Source of the DNA: Bacteroidota bacterium
GTDB lineage: Bacteria; Bacteroidota; Ignavibacteria; UBA10030; UBA8401
Direction: 5' to 3'
NCBI GenBank assembly: GCA_041658205.1
Contig: JBBAAO010000001.1
Span: forward strand, 838,800-902,799
Length of the DNA: 64,000 nt
Position numbers and translations under genes: made by a program. The stretch's first letter is position 1. Each line of letters begins with the position of its first letter. Below are positions 9,980-19,111 of this stretch, piece by piece. A model generated the notes under the pieces. The model was not told the origin of the DNA, did no database searches, and worked only from the letters and a program-made list of their open reading frames with translations.

Positions 9980-11332
9980 ATGAAATGGTTTCTGATGAAA
10001 AAATATCTTCCCGTTATTTTGATGGTTATTGTTCTTCAAAATTACAACTGCACCCAAAAAGCACCGGAAAACGTAACCCAAAATATTTCGACTCCAATCG
10101 TAAGTATTATGACGCCAACATCGTCAAAAGTTATGGGTGACAGTGTTCTCATTCAGGTATCCGCTACAGACGACAAAGGAATCGTAAAGGTTGAATTGTA
10201 TATCGATAACCAAATTCCTCCTGGTGGTACAATGCTGGTCTCTCCATATATTTATCGATGGGACGTGGAATCAAATCCTGATGGGTCTGGGCATATTATT
10301 TATGCGAAAGCTTATGATGGTGATAATAATGTTACCAGCACTGAAGTGAAGACCGTTTATTCGTATACACTTGCACCAACGCTGTTACAATTAAAAATTG
10401 TTGGAGATACGGTTATTGTCCTTTCATGGAAAGACAATTCCAACGAAGAATCCGGTTTTGAGATTGAACAACGAGTAAATGAGGGAATGTTCACTTTGAT
10501 AGAAACGGTCGGGGAGAATGTTACAACTGCATTTATTCAAGGGTTTAATAAAAACGATGATACACTTTCCTTTCGAGTGAGAGGAGTAAATGCGTCAAGT
10601 AAAAGTCGGTATTCGGATATCCGCTTTTTGGGTTTTGATTATCATGATATGATTTTAGTCGAAGGTGGGACTTTTCTGATGGGGAGCGCTAGCAGCATTG
10701 ATAATGCGGCATATCCGATTCATTCCGTTACACTGAGTAATTTCTTCATAAAAAAAACTGAAGTGACACAGTCAGAATGGAAAAATGTGATTGAATGGAA
10801 GAACGCTAATGGCGGTACAAAATTGAACTATAATCCGAGTTTATCAAAAGGCGATCAGTTGCCGGTGGATCGTGTGAATTGGGACGAAGTGAAATTATGG
10901 CTATCGTATTTGAATGAAAAGGAGAATACGACACGCTACAGACTGCCGACAGAAGCAGAGTGGGAATTTGCGGCACGAGGAGGGAAGAAGAGCAAAGGAT
11001 ATGTGTATAGCGGCAGTAATGATATTAACGAAGTCTCTTGGAATTTTGACAATGCATCAAGGAGGACACATCCCGTCGCTACAAAAATGCCAAATGAATT
11101 GGGGATCTACGATATGAGCGGTAATTGTTGGGAATGGTGTGAAGACTGGTATTCGGCGTATGAGATTTTTGATCAAACGGACCCGACTGGACCAAACCAG
11201 GGTGCAGAGAAAATTCTTCGAAGCGGAGGTGCCTTGCACGACACAGGGAGCAGAGTTGCTTTTCGAGCGTATATCAGTCCTTCGGTTGATCCTCCGGTCA
11301 CGTATGGATTTCGCTATGCTATCGGAGAATGA
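9980..11332 (+). CDS. Formylglycine-generating-enzyme (FGE/SUMF1) family protein with N-terminal Ig-like and fibronectin-III-like domains; lipoprotein
   Basis: Lipobox (LQNYNC). FN3-like segment (LSWKDNSNEESGFEIEQRV). The C-terminal FGE-sulfatase domain has the hallmarks RVNWDEV, YRLPTEAEWEFAARGG and GNCWEWCEDWY. Confidence 0.75.
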   Translation: MKWFLMKKYLPVILMVIVLQNYNCTQKAPENVTQNISTPIVSIMTPTSSKVMGDSVLIQVSATDDKGIVKVELYIDNQIPPGGTMLVSPYIYRWDVESNPDGSGHIIYAKAYDGDNNVTSTEVKTVYSYTLAPTLLQLKIVGDTVIVLSWKDNSNEESGFEIEQRVNEGMFTLIETVGENVTTAFIQGFNKNDDTLSFRVRGVNASSKSRYSDIRFLGFDYHDMILVEGGTFLMGSASSIDNAAYPIHSVTLSNFFIKKTEVTQSEWKNVIEWKNANGGTKLNYNPSLSKGDQLPVDRVNWDEVKLWLSYLNEKENTTRYRLPTEAEWEFAARGGKKSKGYVYSGSNDINEVSWNFDNASRRTHPVATKMPNELGIYDMSGNCWEWCEDWYSAYEIFDQTDPTGPNQGAEKILRSGGALHDTGSRVAFRAYISPSVDPPVTYGFRYAIGE

Positions 11333-11336
11333 GATA

Positions 11337-12524
11337 TCATTTTTTTGGGGAATACTTTTGCAAAGCACTTTTTATTCCCCGTACCGCTTGTTTGATTCGT
11401 TCTTCATTTTCAATCAACGCAAATCGAATGAATCCTTCACCAGCATCTCCGAATCCGATCCCTGGTGAAACGGCAACCTTTGCATCTTGAACGAGTAATT
11501 TTGCAAATTCAAGAGATCCAATTTTTTTTATCCCTTCAGGAATTTCAGCCCAAACGAACATTGAAGCATTTGGTTTTTCAATCTTCCAGCCGGTTTTGTT
11601 CAATCCCTCTACCAGTACATTACGGCGGGACTCGTACATCGATCGTATATCTTCGACACAATCTTGGGGTCCATTCAGAGCGGCGATTGCTGCAATTTGA
11701 ATTGCCTGAAACATACCGTAATCCAAATAGCTTTTAATTTTTACCAATGCTCCGACGATCTCTTTGTTGCCGACGCAAAAACCAACCCGCCAGCCTGCCA
11801 TGTTATAACTTTTCGACAGAGTAGAGAATTCTACCGCAACATCTTTTGCTCCCGGTATCTGAAAGATTGAAGGAGCCTGATATCCGTCGAATCCAAGATC
11901 GCCGTAAGCGAGATCGTGAATAATCATAAGGTTGTTTGCTTTTGCAAATGCCACTGCTTGTTCAAAAAAATCAAGACCAACGGTTGCAGTGGTCGGGTTG
12001 TTCGGAAAATTAATGACAAGAAATTTTGGTTTTGGATGAGTATTCTTATATGCCTCCGCGACTCTCTCCAAAAAACTTTCTTGCGGGAAAAGATTTATAT
12101 GGATGACCTGCGCCCCCGCTATAACGAATGCGTATGGATGAATCGGGTATGCAGGAGTTGAACAAAGAATTGTATCACCGGGACCGGAAACTGCAAGTGC
12201 AAGATGCGCTAAACCTTCTTTTGAGCCAATTGTTGCAACTGCTTCGCTGTTTGGATCCAAATCAATATTGAACTTTCGTTTATACCAATCACATACAGCA
12301 AGACGAAGTTTATAAATTCCTTTTGAAGCGGAGTATCGATGGTTGTTACCTTTTTGCGCTGCTTCATTCAGTTTATCGACAATATGACGCGGGGTCGGTT
12401 GGTCCGGATTTCCCATCCCAAGATTAATAATATCTTCTCCGTTCTTTCGTGCCACGGACATCATCTCGTTGACAACGGCAAAGACATACGGAGGAAGGCG
12501 GTTAAGTCGATCGAAGTTTTTCAT
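11337..12524 (-). CDS. Pyridoxal-phosphate-dependent aminotransferase, class I/II
   Basis: 395 aa. N-terminal [11 protein letters not shown]...[12 protein letters not shown]-lysine motif [12 protein letters not shown] and a conserved FPNNPTG-type segment (NFPNNPTTA). Confidence 0.85.
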   Translation of the reverse strand: MKNFDRLNRLPPYVFAVVNEMMSVARKNGEDIINLGMGNPDQPTPRHIVDKLNEAAQKGNNHRYSASKGIYKLRLAVCDWYKRKFNIDLDPNSEAVATIGSKEGLAHLALAVSGPGDTILCSTPAYPIHPYAFVIAGAQVIHINLFPQESFLERVAEAYKNTHPKPKFLVINFPNNPTTATVGLDFFEQAVAFAKANNLMIIHDLAYGDLGFDGYQAPSIFQIPGAKDVAVEFSTLSKSYNMAGWRVGFCVGNKEIVGALVKIKSYLDYGMFQAIQIAAIAALNGPQDCVEDIRSMYESRRNVLVEGLNKTGWKIEKPNASMFVWAEIPEGIKKIGSLEFAKLLVQDAKVAVSPGIGFGDAGEGFIRFALIENEERIKQAVRGIKSALQKYSPKK

Positions 12525-12551
12525 AGTGTAATATAAAAAAAATCACAAAAT

Positions 12552-12589
12552 AAAAAAGGCATCACGATTACTCGGGATGCCTTTTTTTT
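12552..12589 (-). terminator. Rho-independent terminator downstream of the S46 peptidase gene (usable on both strands)
   Basis: AAAAAAGGCATC-acgattactcgg-GATGCCTTTTTTTT has a 6-7 bp GC-containing stem flanked by an A-run and a T-run. Confidence 0.65.
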
Positions 12590-12648
12590 AGTTCTATCAA
12601 CATGACCTCTACCATAAAGGTAACGGTTACGTTTGTGATTATCGTATT

Positions 12649-14772
12649 TTATTTTTTCTTCTTCACAGCCGGTTTTGTCGGTTTTACCGGAGTTTCTTTG
12701 GGTGGTTCCGGTGTGGCGACAATTCCTTCAATTTCATCTGCGAGAGGATTTGCGTCATACAATTTTCGCATTGTTTCAATCATAACGCCTGTATGAACAG
12801 AAACGGCACGGTTCTTTTCCTCGGAATATAAGAAGCGGCCGGGGAGGCTCTCAATATTTCCGTCGAAAATCAATCCGACGACTTCTGCCTTAGCATTGAC
12901 AACAGGGGAGCCTGAATTTCCGCCGATAATATCATTTGAGGAGACAAAATTCATCGGTGTTGAGAGTGTGAGTTTATTAACACCATCTTTGAACCGCTGC
13001 GGTAATTCAAAATCTTTTTGGTTTGAAAAACTATATGCGCGATCGTACAGTCCATACATAGTTGTCATGCTGGGTGCGATCGTTCCATTCATCGCATATC
13101 CTTTTACCTGTCCATAAGAGAGGCGAAGTGTAAAATTCGCATCGGGGGGAAGTTCTTTTCCATAGACAGCAAACCGTGCTTTACCGGTTGCTTCGCTGGA
13201 CATGGCTATTAATCCGATAACATTTTTGTCCTGCCACATACGCATCTCGTCTCCGATAGGAACTACTTTGCGCGCGAGAACAATCATGGGATCTGTTGAT
13301 GCTGAGATTTCTTTTTCGCCACCTTCTATCAGCGTTCTGCGGAAAGCCGGATCTGCCAGTTTGGTGCCGTTAACATAAAATTTCGCGGCCTCTTCCGGTG
13401 TCTTTCCGTCAAGAACAGCCAGCACCCACGGATCATTTGCGCCTAACATTTCTACTGCTTCTTTAAAACGATCTGTCAATAACACTTCTTCCATGTCTGC
13501 GTAGACCGGAGCAGGTGAATAGAGGTTTTGCAATGTCATATTGACAAGTGCATCTTGAAATTGTGGAATACGTTCGCCATTCGGCTTTTTCGATTCAACG
13601 GCATATCGTGCAATTGTTAATGCTCTCGTACCAAGTGAACCGCTAAGTCCTCGATAGGTAATTTCTTTGAATCGCTTTTTGTTTCTATCCATTGCGGCGG
13701 AGACAGAATCCCATGCCCAGGCAAACTTTGCTTTCAATTCAGGATTTGCATTGATCCTGCTCAGAAGTTCTTTTTCATCGTTCTGTTTTTTTGCCATCAA
13801 GTTTTTATCAAGCAATCCTTGATATTCACCAGTCAACGCTTTTTGTGAATTTTCATATCCAAAGAGCATTCCATCCGCACGGCGACGTTGTTCTTCGCCG
13901 AGAGTAGAAAATTGTTTTAATACGCCGATAACCCGTTTAATAGTTGCCAGTCGTGCGGGATATTGATAATCACGCGAATATTCGATCTGTGCATATGTCT
14001 GCTGTCGGTTCGTTGAGCCGGGGTGGCCGGAAACAAATACCAATTCTCCATTCGCTGCACCCGCAGTGTTCCATTTCAAAAAATGGGTGGAAGTGTATGG
14101 TGTATTGTTTTCATAGACACGGAAGAAACACATATCAACATCGTAACGGGGAAATGTGAAATTATCGGGATCTCCACCGTAAAAGGCGATTTGTTTTTCC
14201 GGAGCCATCACTAAACGCACATCCGTAAATTTTTTATATCGATAGATCCAATATTCTGCTCCATTATACAACGTCACCATATCGGAGCGCAAACCGGATT
14301 TATCATTACTCTCTTTTTGTAATTGTGCAAGGATTGCCCGGCGGGCCATCATCGCTTCGCCGCCTGATTTTCCGGAAATTGCCGCCATCACTTTTTCTGT
14401 GACATTTTCCATATCGGTTAAGACGTTCAATTCCAGATCGACACATTTCACTTCTTCGCCAGAAGTTCGTGCATAAAAACCGGTTTTGATGTAATCTTTT
14501 TCCGGTGTCGACATTTTTTGCAATTGTCCAGCACCAACGTGGTGATTTGTCATAACAAGACCGTTCCCAGAAACGAACGATCCGGAACCGCCGTCATTGA
14601 ATCGGACGGAGGAGAGTCGAACATGATTAAGCCATTCCTGTGTGATGTCGAATCCGTATTTATCTTTTAGCTGTTTCTTTGGTGGATTGTCGAATGTCCA
14701 CATTCCCTCGTCCGATAAGGAAATACCGAAGAGAATGAGAATGAGTACACATGTATTACGAAGATATTTCAT
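12649..14772 (-). CDS. S46-family dipeptidyl-peptidase (DPP7/DPP11-like serine peptidase)
   Basis: 707 aa. The signal peptide is followed by the family-typical mature N-terminus DEGMWTFDNPP, then the His region TNHHVG and a C-terminal chymotrypsin-like GGNSGSPVVN serine motif. Confidence 0.85.
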   Translation of the reverse strand: MKYLRNTCVLILILFGISLSDEGMWTFDNPPKKQLKDKYGFDITQEWLNHVRLSSVRFNDGGSGSFVSGNGLVMTNHHVGAGQLQKMSTPEKDYIKTGFYARTSGEEVKCVDLELNVLTDMENVTEKVMAAISGKSGGEAMMARRAILAQLQKESNDKSGLRSDMVTLYNGAEYWIYRYKKFTDVRLVMAPEKQIAFYGGDPDNFTFPRYDVDMCFFRVYENNTPYTSTHFLKWNTAGAANGELVFVSGHPGSTNRQQTYAQIEYSRDYQYPARLATIKRVIGVLKQFSTLGEEQRRRADGMLFGYENSQKALTGEYQGLLDKNLMAKKQNDEKELLSRINANPELKAKFAWAWDSVSAAMDRNKKRFKEITYRGLSGSLGTRALTIARYAVESKKPNGERIPQFQDALVNMTLQNLYSPAPVYADMEEVLLTDRFKEAVEMLGANDPWVLAVLDGKTPEEAAKFYVNGTKLADPAFRRTLIEGGEKEISASTDPMIVLARKVVPIGDEMRMWQDKNVIGLIAMSSEATGKARFAVYGKELPPDANFTLRLSYGQVKGYAMNGTIAPSMTTMYGLYDRAYSFSNQKDFELPQRFKDGVNKLTLSTPMNFVSSNDIIGGNSGSPVVNAKAEVVGLIFDGNIESLPGRFLYSEEKNRAVSVHTGVMIETMRKLYDANPLADEIEGIVATPEPPKETPVKPTKPAVKKKK

Positions 14773-14834
14773 AAGTGCCTCTTTGATAAGTGTAAGAATC
14801 TAGGTATTGGGTAAAGGTGTTTCAAAAAATATTG

Positions 14835-16526
14835 TTACTTCATGCGTTTTCCTTTTTCTTCTTCTGTAAAGATCCAGCCGACGATCTTTCCTGCGTCGAT
14901 ATCATTAAAGTTGGACCAGTATTCCATCGTGCGGAAATTGCGGGAACTGGTGTCGTTTGCAACATATAATTCCACTTCTTTTTTAATCTCGAGCAGCCGC
15001 AATTTCCATTGATCCATATTGACGCTACGCAAATCGATCCAGCCGGCATGCGTCCATTCTTCAATGGAAGCGGGAGAGATATTCAATTCGTTCAGACCGC
15101 GATACGCGGGAATTTTCACTTCGTTACCCCGAAGCAATGTTTTGCCGTCGGGAAGTAAAATGGGAATCCCGATGGAAATGATCTGTGAGCGAAGTGCTTC
15201 ATCTTTGGTGATAAAAGATGTGAGATCTTCGGATATCTTCTTTGCAGAATTTTTTAAAACAACATTCACTGTTCCGTACACTTTTCTGAGAAGATGTGCT
15301 TCGTATAATAATTTGGAAAGGCGCGGCGGTCCAAGCATTTCAAATGCAACGCTGTTGGTGTTATGCAATTTTTCCAATTGTTTCATTTTTTCTAGCGCGC
15401 CCTGGAACATGAAGCCGGCACGATATGTGGGGGAGAGAGTCGCATTATCCAATGCGTTGATGATATCATGTCCGGTGTTGCCTCCACGAATTTCATAAAG
15501 CACCGAATCTGCAATTTCCTCCGGAGTGACAAACTCCATCTGTCCAGGAGTGGCAATCGCTTCAAACTCGCCGCGGGAGAAAATCCCATTCTCGCCTGTA
15601 TCGATAAATACGGACTTAAGCCGATGACCGGTCGGTTTTACATTCCCTTCCATTTTAAGCTTGAATTTACCTTTTAATTCGATTCCATTGTCCGGTGGAC
15701 AATCGTAAAGGTCGATTGGTTTTCCACGTTTTGCAATCTCGCCGTAAGCAATTTTTTTCCACGCGATTGCTCCGGTCGGTTTGATCTCTTTGGTTATTGG
15801 TGCGTCGGGAGTCCTTCCCATAAGGAAGAGAAGCATCGTATGCGCGCCGGCAACAACCGATTTTGATAAAAGCACGCGGGAAGGTTTTTCTTCGCTGTGT
15901 GTGTACGGAATATTCAATCCCATACCGCCGGTACCGCTTGTGCCTATTTTTACATATACTCCTGTTTTAGCAATGTTCATTGAACGATAGAAAATTTGAA
16001 CGTGACGAATCAATTGAGGCGTGTATTGGGTTGCGAGGAGTCGTTCTACAGTTTCGCGCATGTTTGCGGCATTATTTTTCATTGCAATCATAACATCGCG
16101 CGAGCTTTGGAAAATATCTTGATAGGCAATGGCCGTTGCGGAGTTGATGCAATCAATGATCACATCCGGTTTGTACTTGTTAATCAGTTGAAAGAGTGCT
16201 GAACGTTCAAGCGCTTCCTGGGTCAATTCGTCGATGACATCGTCCAAAAATTTTGCGCGTTTAGGTGCATCAGTAAGAATATCCTCGCGGGCTAAATCTT
16301 TAAATTCATTTCGGACAAAGATATTGCCCCACCATGGGACAAAGAAATTCTTTCCTGCTTTGGGATATTCTTTCCGCATGGTTTCACAGGCATCTTTCGC
16401 TTCGGATTCTTTTAAGGAGGTGAGGATAATCTTTTTAGGATTTTCTTCCATCAGTTTGCGGCAAATAGCGGAGCCGACAAGTCCCCAGCCGCCGAGGACG
16501 AGTACGGTTTTGTTCGTGATGACCAT
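14835..16526 (-). CDS. Hypothetical NAD(P)-binding (Rossmann-fold) protein, 563 aa, function unknown
   Basis: N-terminal dinucleotide-binding motif TVLVLGGWGLVGSAI. The rest has no motif I can place. No signal peptide. Confidence 0.55.
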   Translation of the reverse strand: MVITNKTVLVLGGWGLVGSAICRKLMEENPKKIILTSLKESEAKDACETMRKEYPKAGKNFFVPWWGNIFVRNEFKDLAREDILTDAPKRAKFLDDVIDELTQEALERSALFQLINKYKPDVIIDCINSATAIAYQDIFQSSRDVMIAMKNNAANMRETVERLLATQYTPQLIRHVQIFYRSMNIAKTGVYVKIGTSGTGGMGLNIPYTHSEEKPSRVLLSKSVVAGAHTMLLFLMGRTPDAPITKEIKPTGAIAWKKIAYGEIAKRGKPIDLYDCPPDNGIELKGKFKLKMEGNVKPTGHRLKSVFIDTGENGIFSRGEFEAIATPGQMEFVTPEEIADSVLYEIRGGNTGHDIINALDNATLSPTYRAGFMFQGALEKMKQLEKLHNTNSVAFEMLGPPRLSKLLYEAHLLRKVYGTVNVVLKNSAKKISEDLTSFITKDEALRSQIISIGIPILLPDGKTLLRGNEVKIPAYRGLNELNISPASIEEWTHAGWIDLRSVNMDQWKLRLLEIKKEVELYVANDTSSRNFRTMEYWSNFNDIDAGKIVGWIFTEEEKGKRMK

Positions 16527-16695
16527 AAAAAACTCTTTTTATTGAGTGTGAAAAAGAAGTTTATAGAAGTGGAAGATGTTTGCTTCCGAATTTTTGTGCG
16601 TAAAGATACATCGAATTCGCAGAAAGAGAAAGTGAATTGTTACCGTGTGAGGGCACGCCTTAACAAAGAGGGAATGTTCGTATGAGTTACCGAAG

Positions 16696-17430
16696 TTATT
16701 TAAGCAAAAGGAGTCTTTTGGTTTCCGAGAAATTTCCGGCAGTGAGACGGTAAAAATATACCCCGCTTGGTGCATTTCCTGCATTCCATTGAATGGAATA
16801 TCTGCCTGCCATTTGTTCCTTCTTCAAGACCAAATTGACTTCTTTCCCGAGGATGTCATAAATCGCAATAGTGACAAATTGAGTTGAAGGGATTTGATAA
16901 TCAATCGTTGTTGTCGGATTGAATGGATTCGGAAAGTTTTGATATAGTTTGAAATCAGTCGGCACGACCTGTTGAACTTGAACATTCAAGGTTCCTGCAA
17001 TATTGGCAAAGATCTTACCAATATTTTGAATGTCGACGATCCATTTATATTTGGGGTCGAGAAAAGGATATTGATATTTCGCAACAGATGTATCGCTGCG
17101 GACTTCAAGCGCCATCCAATCGAATGCGAGAAAATATGATTGCCATCGATTGTTGGGATCAATCGTTCTGATGCCGACTGCTTTGTTTGATACAGCGTCT
17201 GTAAACAGAATTTGGGCATTGGAAGCAGGCTGTATTTCATCCATGCGATTTGTAAACAGAGGCACTTCATAGTAGGGATGATACCACAACGTTACCGTGT
17301 CTTTCAAGAGAGCACCGGGAATGAATCCAAAAATAATATCGGCAGTAATGTTTGCGTTCACTTTCAATTGCCACGGAAATGTTACCTCCTTAAAATTATT
17401 TTGCTTTCGGGGGAAATCCTGATTGATCAA
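16696..17430 (-). CDS. C-terminal portion of a T9SS cargo protein (T9SS C-terminal sorting domain). It is in-frame with, and probably part of, the ORF at 17485-18987.
   Basis: It ends with a T9SS CTD (FKLYQNFPNPFNPTTTIDYQIP...GVYFYRLTAGNFSETKRLLLLK). It has no ATG (the track uses TTG) and no signal peptide. The upstream same-frame ORF is separated only by TAA at 17485-17487. Confidence 0.6.
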   Translation of the reverse strand: MINQDFPRKQNNFKEVTFPWQLKVNANITADIIFGFIPGALLKDTVTLWYHPYYEVPLFTNRMDEIQPASNAQILFTDAVSNKAVGIRTIDPNNRWQSYFLAFDWMALEVRSDTSVAKYQYPFLDPKYKWIVDIQNIGKIFANIAGTLNVQVQQVVPTDFKLYQNFPNPFNPTTTIDYQIPSTQFVTIAIYDILGKEVNLVLKKEQMAGRYSIQWNAGNAPSGVYFYRLTAGNFSETKRLLLLK

Positions 17431-17484
17431 TCCTTTTACACCGAAATATTTTGTCTGAGAAGTATTTTCTGCGAAGATGGTGTC

Positions 17485-18987
17485 TTAATAATTGTTTATG
17501 AAGCCATGGTCTTGATCTGCGAATAGATAATACCGTTTTTGACCGGCAGGTAAAGCAGCACTTTGTTCTAACCATTTTCCCGAATATTGGGTAAGATCAA
17601 ATGCCCCCCCATCTCCTGTGACTTCCAAAATAGCATTGTATTGATCTATAAGTGAATGGAGTTCTGATATCGTATATCTATTCACATTACAAAAATCATA
17701 ATATGGTTCTGCTCCAAAATCTGTTTTCATGGTGAATTTGAGATAGATTATCGGGTCAACAATGCCAGACGGGAGATTTTTTCCGTTGAACAATAGCAAT
17801 AATGAATTTTTCTTTTTCAACACTTGATAGCTGAAGGTTGGAGATTGGGCAGTTCTGTTCAGAGTATCTTTAGCTGTTATATAGTAATAGACTGAGTCTC
17901 CAGCAGTAGCAGCAGGAATGGTGCCACTAAAGAGAAATCCCGATTCGCGAACCAATGCAGTCGATTGCCACGCCAGTTTACCAATTTTAGAAAATAATTT
18001 TACGTCGACGGGGTCGCCGATGGTTTGCATTTTAATGGTAGCAGAAATTTTTCGTTGTTCAGTTTGTGCTGTATTTAATAATTTACTCGTCGTAATCTTG
18101 GGTTTTGGCGCCGAGAAGTATTCTACAACCATATACATACCCCATTCAAAATCTCCACGCAACCACCAACCGCGGTCTGCTGTTGATAATCTACCACGCG
18201 GATAAAATTTATAGGAATGGAATGGAGGATCGGGATTAGGGAAGGAGGTCACTTCTTGTCGAATTGCCGCAGTGCCTGTGGCAGTATTGAGAATGGTGAA
18301 TCCAATCAATTGATCTTCTAAAAATTTCATCGTATCGCCTGTTGCGAGCAAATTTACTCCATTCCAGGAATATGCTTGCACCGGAACATTCATACCTCCT
18401 TTTTTCCATGGTGCTTCAACGCCAAGTGGATCAAATGCATACTGAAGTGAATCGCTTGTTTTTGGGGGATAAATCCAAGTTGTGTCAGTTGCAAGATCGC
18501 GAAATGCTGTTACAAGATTGACAGGATCGTTCTCTTTTTTATAATATCCAATATTTTTCTGGAGCTGGGTTGAAGGGATATTTTTCAATCGTGGATTTGG
18601 GTACCATGCGCGGACATTTACCTCTTTTGACTCACCAATGTTACTTGAAATTGCCCACCACAGTTCACGCACAAAACCATTTCCACCGGGTTGATACCAT
18701 TGCATCATCATCTCTTCTTCAAGATTCCCGAATTCATATGTAAGGGAAGAATTCTTGGGAAAATACTTTAACGAATCAATAAATTGAACGGCGGATAAAT
18801 TATCATTCGAGTTTCCAAATCGTTTAATAGCGTCCGGCATTTGCTCGTTTCTGAGCATACGAATCGCTTCCTGTCTTCCGCTTTGATCCACGTGAAGGAG
18901 GAAACGGTTTTGAGAGACAAGGAATTGCGAACAGACCAGGAAAAGGAATATATTTTTCATCGGAAATATTATCATATGCTCCGTCAA
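17485..18987 (-). CDS. N-terminal portion of a large exported protein (signal peptide), truncated by an in-frame TAA. It probably forms one ~763-aa T9SS cargo gene with 16696-17430.
   Basis: Signal peptide MKNIFLFLVCSQFLVSQ. I verified that the 54 nt between the TAA and the downstream ORF translate without further stops (DTIFAENTSQTKYFGVKGLINQDF...). Confidence 0.6.
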   Translation of the reverse strand: MTEHMIIFPMKNIFLFLVCSQFLVSQNRFLLHVDQSGRQEAIRMLRNEQMPDAIKRFGNSNDNLSAVQFIDSLKYFPKNSSLTYEFGNLEEEMMMQWYQPGGNGFVRELWWAISSNIGESKEVNVRAWYPNPRLKNIPSTQLQKNIGYYKKENDPVNLVTAFRDLATDTTWIYPPKTSDSLQYAFDPLGVEAPWKKGGMNVPVQAYSWNGVNLLATGDTMKFLEDQLIGFTILNTATGTAAIRQEVTSFPNPDPPFHSYKFYPRGRLSTADRGWWLRGDFEWGMYMVVEYFSAPKPKITTSKLLNTAQTEQRKISATIKMQTIGDPVDVKLFSKIGKLAWQSTALVRESGFLFSGTIPAATAGDSVYYYITAKDTLNRTAQSPTFSYQVLKKKNSLLLLFNGKNLPSGIVDPIIYLKFTMKTDFGAEPYYDFCNVNRYTISELHSLIDQYNAILEVTGDGGAFDLTQYSGKWLEQSAALPAGQKRYYLFADQDHGFINNY

Positions 18988-19111
18988 ATTACAATATTAT
19001 TGAGCTGATGTAAATTGAGAGAACTCTAATTTCATATGTAGAGAATTGAACAATGCGCATTGATTCGTCTTGGTTTAGTGAATATATTGTGGAAAAAAGG
19101 ACCGCAGTTTA

